Part shown: in pieces, positions 15,049 through 28,378 of the stretch
Layout: every line of letters begins with the position of its first letter
How positions within the stretch are numbered: the stretch's first letter is position 1
Source: the human T2T-CHM13v2.0 reference genome, Homo sapiens
Strand: one strand, 5' to 3'
DNA: 64,000 nucleotides
Assembly (NCBI RefSeq): GCF_009914755.1
Contig: NC_060935.1
Translations under genes and position numbers: made by a program
Notes under the pieces: generated by a model
Seen by the model: the letters and a program-made list of their open reading frames with translations, nothing else
Told to the model about the DNA's origin: nothing
Database searches by the model: none

Positions 15049-18000
15049 TTACTGTTTTTTCAAGTCTTCAAGCACGTCTTGCTTTGTGATTTTGGCCCAT
15101 GCATTGGGGATTTTACCTTTACCTGCAAATTTTTTCTGATATTTTTCTTCTAGATTTGATCTGAAGTGAGAGACAAACCATTTCCAGTATAGCTGGATGG
15201 AGGTATCTGGGGTGATGCTCCACATGGCATAATCCCCTCCTGCTTGTCGATAGTTCTTAAATGGGAAATTCCTGCCATCCCTCAAAACCAACAAACAATC
15301 ACTTGCAACCAAACTAGTACAGCAATCAATGACAAAATCATCTGTTTCATACCATTCCTCCCCATTGACAGCCTGAGGACGGTGGAAGGGAACACTATGG
15401 TCTCCTTCATGTGTAGGAATTGTGTTTGTACAAATTGCTCCACAGCTGGGACACTGTTTCCAGCAGCCACAGAGATGTTCAGAGAGCATTTTCTCAATTT
15501 TAGAAACCATTGCTTCTATAGGCTTACTTGAATAATTCTGTTCTATTTTCTTCATTGTGAGATCCAAAGCTGCACTCATGGCTTCTTTAAGAAATTCAGT
15601 ATGTTTTATCTCCTGGTGTTCAATGCTTATCAAGTCCCTTCGTGGAAAGATCAAGTTGCACCCCAGGCAATCACAGAATAAATCCAACCACTCAGAAGCA
15701 GTGCTGCTTTTATCTTTAGCTACTGATGTGGATTCATGGATGGCAGAGAGGATGGTATTCTTGATATCAATTAAGCTTTTTTCAAAAAAAGTCTTCATTT
15801 TTTCACCTCCATTGTCTGAACAATATCTTTTAATATGATTTTTGATGTAACTCCTAAAAAACGATTTTGAATTATGAAGGTATTCCCAGTAATTATCAAA
15901 GTTTTCTTCTTCTGCCAGAGAGAAGAGAATGTGTTTCTCCAGGTTAGTCCTGTTTCCATTGAACGCAGGGCAGGTAGCTCGCATGTCCCCCGCAATTTTA
16001 AAGGTCATGTCCTCCCATATAGTAGTGGAGACTGCAGGAGTGAGCTTATACCACAGAACATCAACAAATGTTTTGATGGAGGTTGCTCCTTGACAGGAGA
16101 TCTTAAAACTCGTGAAGAAATCATCTTTCTTACTTTCTAGGTAGTTTACAGGATCATTTGCTCTCTTGAATGCCCTGTGCATTTCCTTAAAATTCTCTCT
16201 TGCTCTTTGAAATAAACACACACATAAGTCAATGATAAATGTATTTGTAAATGTGTATCTCTTCTGAGTAGAGGCAGATTTCACTTCTTCTTCTATTGTC
16301 TTTAGAATCTCATGGAAATAATTTGGATTGTAACCACACTGTTGTTTCCACATGTTGTTAATAATTTTATTAAATCTTGAAACAATGTAGTCAGTAGTCA
16401 TATTAATGAACTCTTTCTCAAAGACTGTTAATGTCATTGGGATATGGTTATATTTCTTATTCACCTTGATATGTTTATCATAATTGATTTGAAACTTCTC
16501 TGCAGAATTTGTCAGTAGACCCACGACATTCGTCTTGTTTTTGAAATACTCCCAAAGGATGTTTTCAGAATCCAAATCAATGTCAGGCTCTGTAACTTGC
16601 GGGAGAGTTGTGGATACATCACACACCCACTTTTTCCAAAGTTGATTGAATTTCTCATGTAACTCTTCCTCACTCAATTCTTTGCCCTTTACAGTTAAAG
16701 CCAACTTCCGGCTTTTTTCCAATAATTCTTTTTCATAATCTGTCTTTTTCTTATTCAGCCTTTCTTGACTTTGGTTTTTAAAACTAATGAGTTCATTGGC
16801 TTGTCTTTTGCTATCTGAAATAAGTTTTTCTTTAAGGACTATTAGCTTATTTTCAAAGTTTGCTTTACATTGAATCAGTATTTTGCTACATGGGCCTTCA
16901 TTAAAATATTTTTCAAGTTCTTGCTTGACAACTTCATATTTTTCTGTAACTAGAACCTCAAATGTGCTTGCTTCAAGTGTCTGGATTTTTCCATTCTGAA
17001 TCTGGTTGATCAGCTGGTTCTGCAAGCCCAGCACGTGACTCCTCAGCTCCCAGGTCCAGTGGTTATACATGGTTTCCAGTTTGTTCATGGCCATGACTTC
17101 TTGGGTGTTCCTGAAACTGAAAATAAAGTTCTCGTTCATCAGGCCTCTCCACAAATCTTGAACTCGGGATTTTACATCTGATATCTTCATGATGTTTCCC
17201 CTGGATTCCTGTGTGGCAGTCATAAGAATTCTACTTTTCAGTTGCTGTACATTGTGGCTGTAGCGAGGATTGGGAGGGGCCATTGGGGGGTTGCCATCCC
17301 AGAGGTGAGCAAAGTAGTAGACGTGAGTATTGACATCAAACCTAATGACATCACTGAAGCAGGTTACGTCTAAGCACTGTTCTTGTTCAGCAGCTATTGC
17401 TGCCATTTCATCTAGTTTCTGCTCTAGCCGTCTTCGTCCATCCATAGTTTGGTCCGTAGCTGTAGCTTCCCCCACATTCTGATGGACAAAGAGGCAACTT
17501 GGAAAGATTTTTACTTGTTTCATTCTCAGAAAGGCTTGGACAACTATTTGTAGGATATCTTGCATCTCTGATGGATTCTCCCCAAAAATATTGATCAGAG
17601 TCAAGTTTGCAAGTCCAGTGACAAAAGTTACCAACTCATTGTCCCTATCCTTGGATTTGTTGCTGTGTTCTGGTGCCCGAAGTCCTTCTGTGTCCACAGC
17701 AAGCACAAAGTCAAAGCCAAGTTCCTCCGTGAATGTCTCCTCCACCTTGAGGAGCTGCATATAGGCCCCTTGGGTACATTTGCCTGCACTAACAGTGAAC
17801 TGAAGCCCAAAAAGGGCATTCAGCACGGTGGATTTCCCTGAGCTCTGCAAGCCAAGGATAGAAAGAACAAATAGCCGTTTGTCTCCAAGTTTCTCAGAGA
17901 CCTTGTCAAAAACAGCTGCCACCCATGTTAGAGGCACATATGCTGCATCCCCATCCATCAGCTCAATGGGAACACCAGATATCATCAGGTCTGCGGCAAT

Positions 18001-20538
18001 TTGGGGAAGCGAGAAAAAAATCTTTTTTATGGAGGAAGCTTCTTCCAGAGCTTCATAAATCTGACCAACTTCTCTGATAAGTTGCTCAATTCCCAAAGTA
18101 CAGTCACTAATCTCTGTGGAAATGGCTTCTATCTCACTTTGCAGGCATATCAGGGAGTGACTATTAGGTGCCTTTTGCTTTACTGTTTGAACCAGTGACC
18201 ACCAATATTTTTGCTTCTCATGCAGTTCTTCCAAGTGTCCTGCAGTCAGTTTGTCCAAAAATACACTCAGCCACTGCAAGAAGTACAGTTTGGTGTGAAT
18301 TTCTGAATGCTCTTGAAGAAACTGAAGGACAGATTGCATTAAATCATTGAGAGGAAGGGCTCTGGCCAACTGTTCATGCCGTATTATTTGTTTATCTGTC
18401 TCAATCTCACTCTTGTGTTGTTCAATGCTCTGATTTCCCTTTTCTCTAAGATGATAGAGTTCTTTGTCCTTCTTACACCAGTGGTGCCACAGTTGTCCCT
18501 GAAGGGGTAGTAATTTTTCCTTAATCTGAGATAATTTCATTTTCCCCAGGAAGGCCATTAGAGCCTGTGCCTTTTCTTTGGCTTCCTTGCAGTCTCTCTG
18601 GTCTTCATCGATAGGAAATCCTTGCTGGTGAGCAATCTGGGAACAGTCCTCCAAGCTGAGAGCAGTATCTGAGAGTTCTAGCAAATGTTTGATTGTAGTT
18701 GTGAGTTCCTCTGTTAATTCTGCCTCATTTCTATTCTTGATACCCATTCTCATTCTTTGGCCAGAAATATTGGTCATGGTTGCTTCTTTGTCATCGAGCA
18801 AGCAGATCAATGGCCTTGATGACTGCCACAAGTTACGGACAATTTTTCGGTTTCCTTCATTGTCATCGGAGGCTGACATGAGGACCACAATGACAGTAGA
18901 CACCTCCTTCAGGAAGCTGAGCTGCTGCTCATGTTCTTTTGCATCTCCATGAAGATTGGTGAAGGTCACACAGTTGTCAAATCTGTCCTCATCTTCCCCT
19001 CCTGGACAGAACCAACAGATTTCTACCACGCCCCCCATCAAGAGGCAGTCTTTCCTGCTTCCTGTGCAGTGTCGGTGAAAAAACACATCATGTTTCCGTT
19101 TACTGAGAAGACAGTTCATAATCTGAGATTTAGAAGCAGAGAGGCCATTTCCAACTCTTACGAAGGACACAATTGAGGTAGAGACACAGCACATCTGCTG
19201 ATTCTTATAATAGTTCTTCCCTTTTGGTGATTTCCTTGCTTCCTGCCAACTTCTTGTAATTTGACGGAGAGACCAGAGAGAGAATTCAATCTGAGAAGTA
19301 CAGGGATTAGGCACCAAAAGGGGGAGGGCAAACTGACAAGTGGAAAGTTTGGCCAAAATATATTGTCTGGCAAAATTATCTGCACAGTGAAAAATTGTCA
19401 TCTGAATATCCACTGGGTGAATGTGGGGGCTAGGCTCAGTGGATGAAGATTTAGTGGGACTATCACTGTCTTCAAAAAAGTTTTCATATGGGTCAAAAGC
19501 CTCATCTTCCTGATCTGAAGCATTTGGATGTACTTGGTGTTCTGTGTTTCTATCATCTTTGAAGACTAGGTATCTCAGCTCATAATCCATCATCAGTAGT
19601 TTCTGCAGGAAATAGAAGGGAAGCTCCTGTTCAGAGCTGGGCTGGGTGTTATACACAGACGTCTTATAGATGAGATGGAAATTAGCTTTGCTCAATTTTT
19701 TGGGGTAGTAATGTTCTAGACCTAGATGCTGGAGTAAGTCTAGGAAGGCTCCATTTTTTATCATCTCCCATTTGTTATTTTCATTGTCATGTGGTTCATG
19801 GGGCTGTTTCTTTCCATAGAAGAGACTTTGCTTGCTCACCTCTTCCATTTGCAAAGAAGAGATGGTGACTTCTTCATAATCCCCATTAATGAGCAATCTC
19901 AAGTCTTTCTCTAGGTTTTCCCAATCGTGATCTGCTCCAGGTTTGGTGAGGACATGTGCAACTTCTTTGGACAATGATTGTCCCATGTGATGTCTCATTA
20001 ATGACATGCGTTGTGTTTTCTCTTCTGAAGAAATAGCTGTGTCTCCAACTGTGGCTGTCAGACCTGTGAGAACCAGGAATGCCTGAGCCCTATAGCTGCA
20101 AATATTCTTAAGCTCCTGGTATTTATTTTGGGCGGTTTGCATTTCATCCAGTAGGAAGCTTAACTCATCACACCCCAAGAGACTCTGAAAAGTATTGTTG
20201 ATCACATGATATCCTGCAGCAGCTGCAATGGAAAGTAGCAAGAGTTGTGTGTCTGTCTGCTCTGTTTTTTGGAGATAATTCAAGAAGCAGCTGAGAGCCA
20301 AGCTGACCTCATAAGTGGACTTTCTTTGAGCTTCCTCCACTGTTTCTGGGGACTCAGATTTGACCTTTACTTCCATGAGGTTATTCTGGGTTTCTTTTAA
20401 GATCTCAATTAATTGAGAAAATTGGGAAATATTCACCTGCTCCTGCTCTGAATCTGACTGGAAGATCCACTGCATGATGAAGTGAGCCTGAGGAAAGTTT
20501 GTCACTCTGTAGATGTGAGGATCCAGAAGGCTGCGCAA
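15049..20538 (-). CDS. GVINP1: Intact 1829-codon C-terminal ORF of GVIN1 (URGCP-like region, VLIG-type GTPase domain, coiled coils, Cys/His cluster); first ATG at 20475 gives 1808 aa
   Basis: No stop over 5.49 kb; motifs GLQSSGKST, DTEG and CGCWKQCPSCGAIC. Translation in vivo cannot be shown from sequence. Confidence 0.6.
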   Translation of the reverse strand: MRSLLDPHIYRVTNFPQAHFIMQWIFQSDSEQEQVNISQFSQLIEILKETQNNLMEVKVKSESPETVEEAQRKSTYEVSLALSCFLNYLQKTEQTDTQLLLLSIAAAAGYHVINNTFQSLLGCDELSFLLDEMQTAQNKYQELKNICSYRAQAFLVLTGLTATVGDTAISSEEKTQRMSLMRHHMGQSLSKEVAHVLTKPGADHDWENLEKDLRLLINGDYEEVTISSLQMEEVSKQSLFYGKKQPHEPHDNENNKWEMIKNGAFLDLLQHLGLEHYYPKKLSKANFHLIYKTSVYNTQPSSEQELPFYFLQKLLMMDYELRYLVFKDDRNTEHQVHPNASDQEDEAFDPYENFFEDSDSPTKSSSTEPSPHIHPVDIQMTIFHCADNFARQYILAKLSTCQFALPLLVPNPCTSQIEFSLWSLRQITRSWQEARKSPKGKNYYKNQQMCCVSTSIVSFVRVGNGLSASKSQIMNCLLSKRKHDVFFHRHCTGSRKDCLLMGGVVEICWFCPGGEDEDRFDNCVTFTNLHGDAKEHEQQLSFLKEVSTVIVVLMSASDDNEGNRKIVRNLWQSSRPLICLLDDKEATMTNISGQRMRMGIKNRNEAELTEELTTTIKHLLELSDTALSLEDCSQIAHQQGFPIDEDQRDCKEAKEKAQALMAFLGKMKLSQIKEKLLPLQGQLWHHWCKKDKELYHLREKGNQSIEQHKSEIETDKQIIRHEQLARALPLNDLMQSVLQFLQEHSEIHTKLYFLQWLSVFLDKLTAGHLEELHEKQKYWWSLVQTVKQKAPNSHSLICLQSEIEAISTEISDCTLGIEQLIREVGQIYEALEEASSIKKIFFSLPQIAADLMISGVPIELMDGDAAYVPLTWVAAVFDKVSEKLGDKRLFVLSILGLQSSGKSTVLNALFGLQFTVSAGKCTQGAYMQLLKVEETFTEELGFDFVLAVDTEGLRAPEHSNKSKDRDNELVTFVTGLANLTLINIFGENPSEMQDILQIVVQAFLRMKQVKIFPSCLFVHQNVGEATATDQTMDGRRRLEQKLDEMAAIAAEQEQCLDVTCFSDVIRFDVNTHVYYFAHLWDGNPPMAPPNPRYSHNVQQLKSRILMTATQESRGNIMKISDVKSRVQDLWRGLMNENFIFSFRNTQEVMAMNKLETMYNHWTWELRSHVLGLQNQLINQIQNGKIQTLEASTFEVLVTEKYEVVKQELEKYFNEGPCSKILIQCKANFENKLIVLKEKLISDSKRQANELISFKNQSQERLNKKKTDYEKELLEKSRKLALTVKGKELSEEELHEKFNQLWKKWVCDVSTTLPQVTEPDIDLDSENILWEYFKNKTNVVGLLTNSAEKFQINYDKHIKVNKKYNHIPMTLTVFEKEFINMTTDYIVSRFNKIINNMWKQQCGYNPNYFHEILKTIEEEVKSASTQKRYTFTNTFIIDLCVCLFQRARENFKEMHRAFKRANDPVNYLESKKDDFFTSFKISCQGATSIKTFVDVLWYKLTPAVSTTIWEDMTFKIAGDMRATCPAFNGNRTNLEKHILFSLAEEENFDNYWEYLHNSKSFFRSYIKNHIKRYCSDNGGEKMKTFFEKSLIDIKNTILSAIHESTSVAKDKSSTASEWLDLFCDCLGCNLIFPRRDLISIEHQEIKHTEFLKEAMSAALDLTMKKIEQNYSSKPIEAMVSKIEKMLSEHLCGCWKQCPSCGAICTNTIPTHEGDHSVPFHRPQAVNGEEWYETDDFVIDCCTSLVASDCLLVLRDGRNFPFKNYRQAGGDYAMWSITPDTSIQLYWKWFVSHFRSNLEEKYQKKFAGKGKIPNAWAKITKQDVLEDLKKQ

Positions 20539-20619
20539 ATGAGATTTAATACATTTAGTTTTATAAATGGAAGACTTTTTGCAAAAGTTGATGGTGTTTA
20601 CTAGAAAATTCTGCAGACT

Positions 20620-22050
20620 CTAATCTGTGAGACATATATTAATCCAAGTGTCATAACTTTTTAGTTTTTGACTCAACATTTTCATGAAATTTATCAGTTT
20701 TTTAAGTTGCTCTTCAGGATCAGATACCTCCCAAGATTTTACATCCTCTAGAAAAACCCTGGCCTCCTTCCCAGCACTCAGTAACTCTTCCCCATTCTGG
20801 ATCTGGGCAGTGATGCTAGTCAGAGCAGTGTAGCTGTCTTTCAGGAAGTTAGCCACCTGAAGAGGATCCTTAAAATTGCTTCTGTGGCTAGAGAGGATAA
20901 TGTCCCAAACTGGCACCAACTGAAGCCCGCGGTCAATGACACACCAGGTTTGATTGCTGGCAATGAGGCCAGCTTTCCACTGGACAAGGCCATCTGCTTC
21001 TGGTGGGCCACCTGTTTGGGCCACAGATAATTGGACCTTGGTTTGGAGGTTTTGGGAAGTTTTGGTCTGAGTGGCTGTCTTCGAATGAGAGTCTGAAACA
21101 TTCACACCTGCAGCAACTTTCACTCCAAAGCCACTGTAGCTGTCCCTTATGAAAATGTCCAGGGCCTCTGCAGACTGCTGCCTCACTTCTGCCAACTGCT
21201 CCGTGCAATAACCCTCTGAAATGGCTTTCCACCAGTAGATTCCTCCCAGGTGCAGAGGGCCTTGGTTAACATGAGAGCCAAACCTGTGGAAGAAGTTTAT
21301 GATCCTGTGCCTCAGCAAGGAGAACCTGTCTGGGTTTGTTGTCTGACTCAGAAGCTCTTCAATGCATTTCAATTCCTGGACAGCAGGCTTGGATAACTGG
21401 AGCTGATCAATGGGAAAGTGGCAGGAGGCCAGGGGGATATAGCTGAACTTGGTTGAGCAGAAATAAGAATTCTCAGAACTTGATTGTTGGGTTTCCTTGG
21501 ATTCTGGATGTTTGCTGTGATCCAAACCAGCTTCTAGACTAAACCCCCAATTTCCGTCCTTGGCTGAAGTAGTTAAACGAAAGCCCAGCTTCTCTACCAT
21601 CTGGGTAAACATGAATTCAGCCTGAGGAGATGTGAATTCCTTTGTTTTCATTTGTGTTCCTTGCTGAGGACCCAAAAGTAAGAACTCTTTGGGGACACTG
21701 AGCAACTCCTCTCTCTTCTCTGTCAGGCCCCTTTGGTGGCTGGCTTTGTAAATTCCCTGGAGGGCCAGCCCTCCAGATGCCCATCTCACCACATCTCTAT
21801 CTGGAAGGTTTTGCCTGTGGCACAGTGTCCACTTCATGAGGTTGAGTTGTCTCTGCAGGTTTTCCATGAGTTCCCTTAGAGGCTCTTCAGGGGATGGCCA
21901 GTACTCTTCAGGGATGTCCATTGCTTGCCTCAGCTCTGCTTCTCTTGTCCTCACTGCCTCTTCCTGTCTCTGCTTCCCTTCTGTCAGCAAGTCCCTCAGC
22001 TCCTGCAGTGCCTGTTCTGCCTGCTTCTGCTTTCTCTTTGCCCTCTCCAC
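20620..22050 (-). CDS. GVINP1: Middle GVIN1 ORF (coiled coil plus MACPF-like domain); first ATG at 21921 gives 433 aa
   Basis: Open 476 codons in the same frame as the 1829-codon ORF, separated from it by a single TAG; contains FGSHVNQGPLHLGG at 21241-21282. Confidence 0.45.
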   Translation of the reverse strand: MERAKRKQKQAEQALQELRDLLTEGKQRQEEAVRTREAELRQAMDIPEEYWPSPEEPLRELMENLQRQLNLMKWTLCHRQNLPDRDVVRWASGGLALQGIYKASHQRGLTEKREELLSVPKEFLLLGPQQGTQMKTKEFTSPQAEFMFTQMVEKLGFRLTTSAKDGNWGFSLEAGLDHSKHPESKETQQSSSENSYFCSTKFSYIPLASCHFPIDQLQLSKPAVQELKCIEELLSQTTNPDRFSLLRHRIINFFHRFGSHVNQGPLHLGGIYWWKAISEGYCTEQLAEVRQQSAEALDIFIRDSYSGFGVKVAAGVNVSDSHSKTATQTKTSQNLQTKVQLSVAQTGGPPEADGLVQWKAGLIASNQTWCVIDRGLQLVPVWDIILSSHRSNFKDPLQVANFLKDSYTALTSITAQIQNGEELLSAGKEARVFLEDVKSWEVSDPEEQLKKLINFMKMLSQKLKSYDTWINICLTD

Positions 22051-22093
22051 CTGAGACTCCTGTAACGCTGAAAGACTTTTTGAGTGTGACAGA

Positions 22094-22318
22094 TTAAGCA
22101 GCTTTCTCCCATGGATGTTGTGTCTGGGATTTCAGCTTCTTGAGGTTGTTTCTGTCTAGGTGTTGTAAGGCCTGGGCACAGGTCACACCCAGGTGTTCCT
22201 GCAGCTTGGGTAACCAGTACTCAACATCCAGGCCCACTTCTCTCAGCATCTCTTGGAGGTCTTGCCTCCTTTTGCCTCTGAGCAGAGGGTCATCAGGGGT
22301 GTGCTCTCCTGTGGCCAT
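22094..22318 (-). CDS. GVINP1: 74-aa N-terminal GVIN1 ORF ended by the frameshift-derived TAA (functionally a uORF)
   Basis: cagccATGg context at 22318; reads MATGEHTPDD...QHPWEKAA*. Confidence 0.5.
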   Translation of the reverse strand: MATGEHTPDDPLLRGKRRQDLQEMLREVGLDVEYWLPKLQEHLGVTCAQALQHLDRNNLKKLKSQTQHPWEKAA

Positions 22319-22320
22319 GG

Positions 22321-22348
22321 CTGCATAAAAAACAGACACTCAGTTAGC
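22321..22348 (-). promoter_or_regulatory. 3' splice acceptor (branch point, pyrimidine tract, AG) of the GVINP1 coding exon
   Basis: Minus strand reads gCTAACtgagtgtctgttttttatgcAG|ccATGg; AG at 22322-22321, 2 nt before the ATG. Confidence 0.8.
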
Positions 22349-23283
22349 TGACTGTTCTGACCTTAGGAAGTGTCAGCCACATGGCCAAAAGTGTAAGTAT
22401 ACTAGTATGCAAGTCTACAAGGCTTTCTCATTCCTCATTTAATTGTTTTAACAAAAATTTTTTAACACCCTTTTTTGTGTGCAAGCCATCATTGTGGATA
22501 TTTTCAATGTGGATTGCCTTTGTGGTTTGCAGGGTGGGTTGCAACTTACTAGACTTATTTTGACAATTCCTTTTACATAGAATCAATTGCATGTAAAACA
22601 TTAAGATGAGAGACGGAGTTTGAAAATATGCTTGAGTTTGAGTTTGGTAGCTTGATTTTTTTTTTTTTTTTTTTTAAAGAGTGATGGAACCAACAGATTA
22701 TCTAGTTTCTGTGAAATCTGTGTTGCCTGGTTTCCTTCCTGTCTCTGTGTCACTTCTTCCTAGGGCATTTCATGATATTTATTTGCTTTCCTGCCCTTTT
22801 AAATGTGCTACTAACCTGGTTTATGCTTGTCACTCCCTTCTTACTCTTAATTTTCCCTAGTTAATATCATCTTTCTGTTACATTAATAGCTGTCTCTCTG
22901 TTGATGCCACCTTCATCTGTGTCTGTAGACTCAAATGCTCCCCTGTATTTAATGTTTTATTAATGTTATGTTTTTCCCCTCACTACCTTCAGTATATATC
23001 CTTGACCAGCAGATGAGATGAGATTTTACATGTTTCAATTTCATACGTTATTCAATTTCCCTTCCTCCTGTAATTCTTGTCCTGCTGAATGGCACCACCT
23101 TACTTCCAGGCCAATGGGCGTCTTGTTCATCCTTCTTCTTAACATGAATTTAGTACATAATATCTTTTCCATTTGTCCTCTTAAACCTCTATTTAATTTC
23201 ACTTCTTTTTGACACTCTATCCGTTCTCCCTTAGATGTTGCCTTCATCATGTCTATCGGATTGCTATAATAGTCATTCTATCT

Positions 23284-23626
23284 TCTATGGTTTGAAGGTT
23301 TGTCCTCTCCAAAGCTTATGTTGAAATTTAATTGCCATCTTAATAGTATTAAGAGGCAGGAGAGATGATTAGTATTGAGAGGTGATTAGGCCATGAGGGC
23401 TATGCCATCATGGGTGGGGTTAATGCTGTTATGAAAGGTTGAATTTTGTCCCCTTTTGCCTCTTGTGCTTCTGCCATGTGATGACAAAGCAAGAAGGTCC
23501 TTGCAAGATGCTGACACCTTGACCTTGGACTTCCCAGCCTCCAGAGCTTTGAGCCATAAATTTGTTTATTATTAGTTACCATGTCTCAAGTGCTCTGCTA
23601 TAGCAACACAAAACAGAGTAAAACAC
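23284..23626 (+). mobile_element. MST (ERVL-MaLR) LTR
   Basis: tatggtttgaaggtttgtcc ... gcaacacaaaacagagtaaaaca. Confidence 0.85.
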
Positions 23627-24123
23627 CATCTTGCAGTCATTTTTGTCTTGCGCATTTCTTCTTCCTCAATGTCTCTACAATTTAAATCTGCATGTTAATT
23701 AATGGTAAACTCAGCAGCTCAAACCAATCTTTCCAATGAAAGCCATTTGAAATAAGTAGAGAAATGTATAAGACAATTTTTTAAAGCCTTAAGTAATTTA
23801 CCTGGTAAAAATATCTGACAGAAGAGGTAAATAATCTGAAGCAATAATGAATGAAAAAATTCCATTATAAATTAAAGACAAAGTTTAAGACCTTTGCAAA
23901 CACTAAGTAAAAAAATTAAAGTAAAATAAAATAACTTTACAATCAGATGCATCAGAATAAAACTGCAGAAACAACAAGAACAACAACAAAACAACAAATA
24001 CATGTAGAAAGTACAAATACAAGTAGAAAAAGAGTTTACCTTTAAAAACCTAACAGAGAGCTGATTTCTGAACAGCTATAGTGGAAGCCAAAAGAGAGTA
24101 GAATGGAGTATTTATTTCACTGA

Positions 24124-28378
<4,255 letters not shown>

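Larger units (their letters stand above)
15049..22318 (-). pseudogene. GVINP1: Very large interferon-inducible GTPase (VLIG/GVIN1) gene, one giant coding exon disrupted by one frameshift and one nonsense codon
   Basis: ORFs 22094..22339, 20620..22050 and 15049..20538 are colinear. Removing 1 nt at ~22104 (..TGG GAG AAA G CTG CTT AAT..) and reading through the TAG at 20620-22 gives 7269 nt = 2422 aa starting MATGEHTPDD. G1 motif GLQSSGKST at 17827-17853 and G3 motif DTEG at 17683-17694. Confidence 0.96.

Noticed and set aside
20620-20622. Programmed stop-codon readthrough at the internal TAG
   Set aside because: The context is UAG-A, not the leaky UGA-CUAG or UAG-CAR-YYA type. It is more simply a nonsense mutation, and full length would also need a frameshift.
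15244-22328. Many short + strand and alternative-frame ORFs
   Set aside because: Shadows of the long GVIN1 reading frame.
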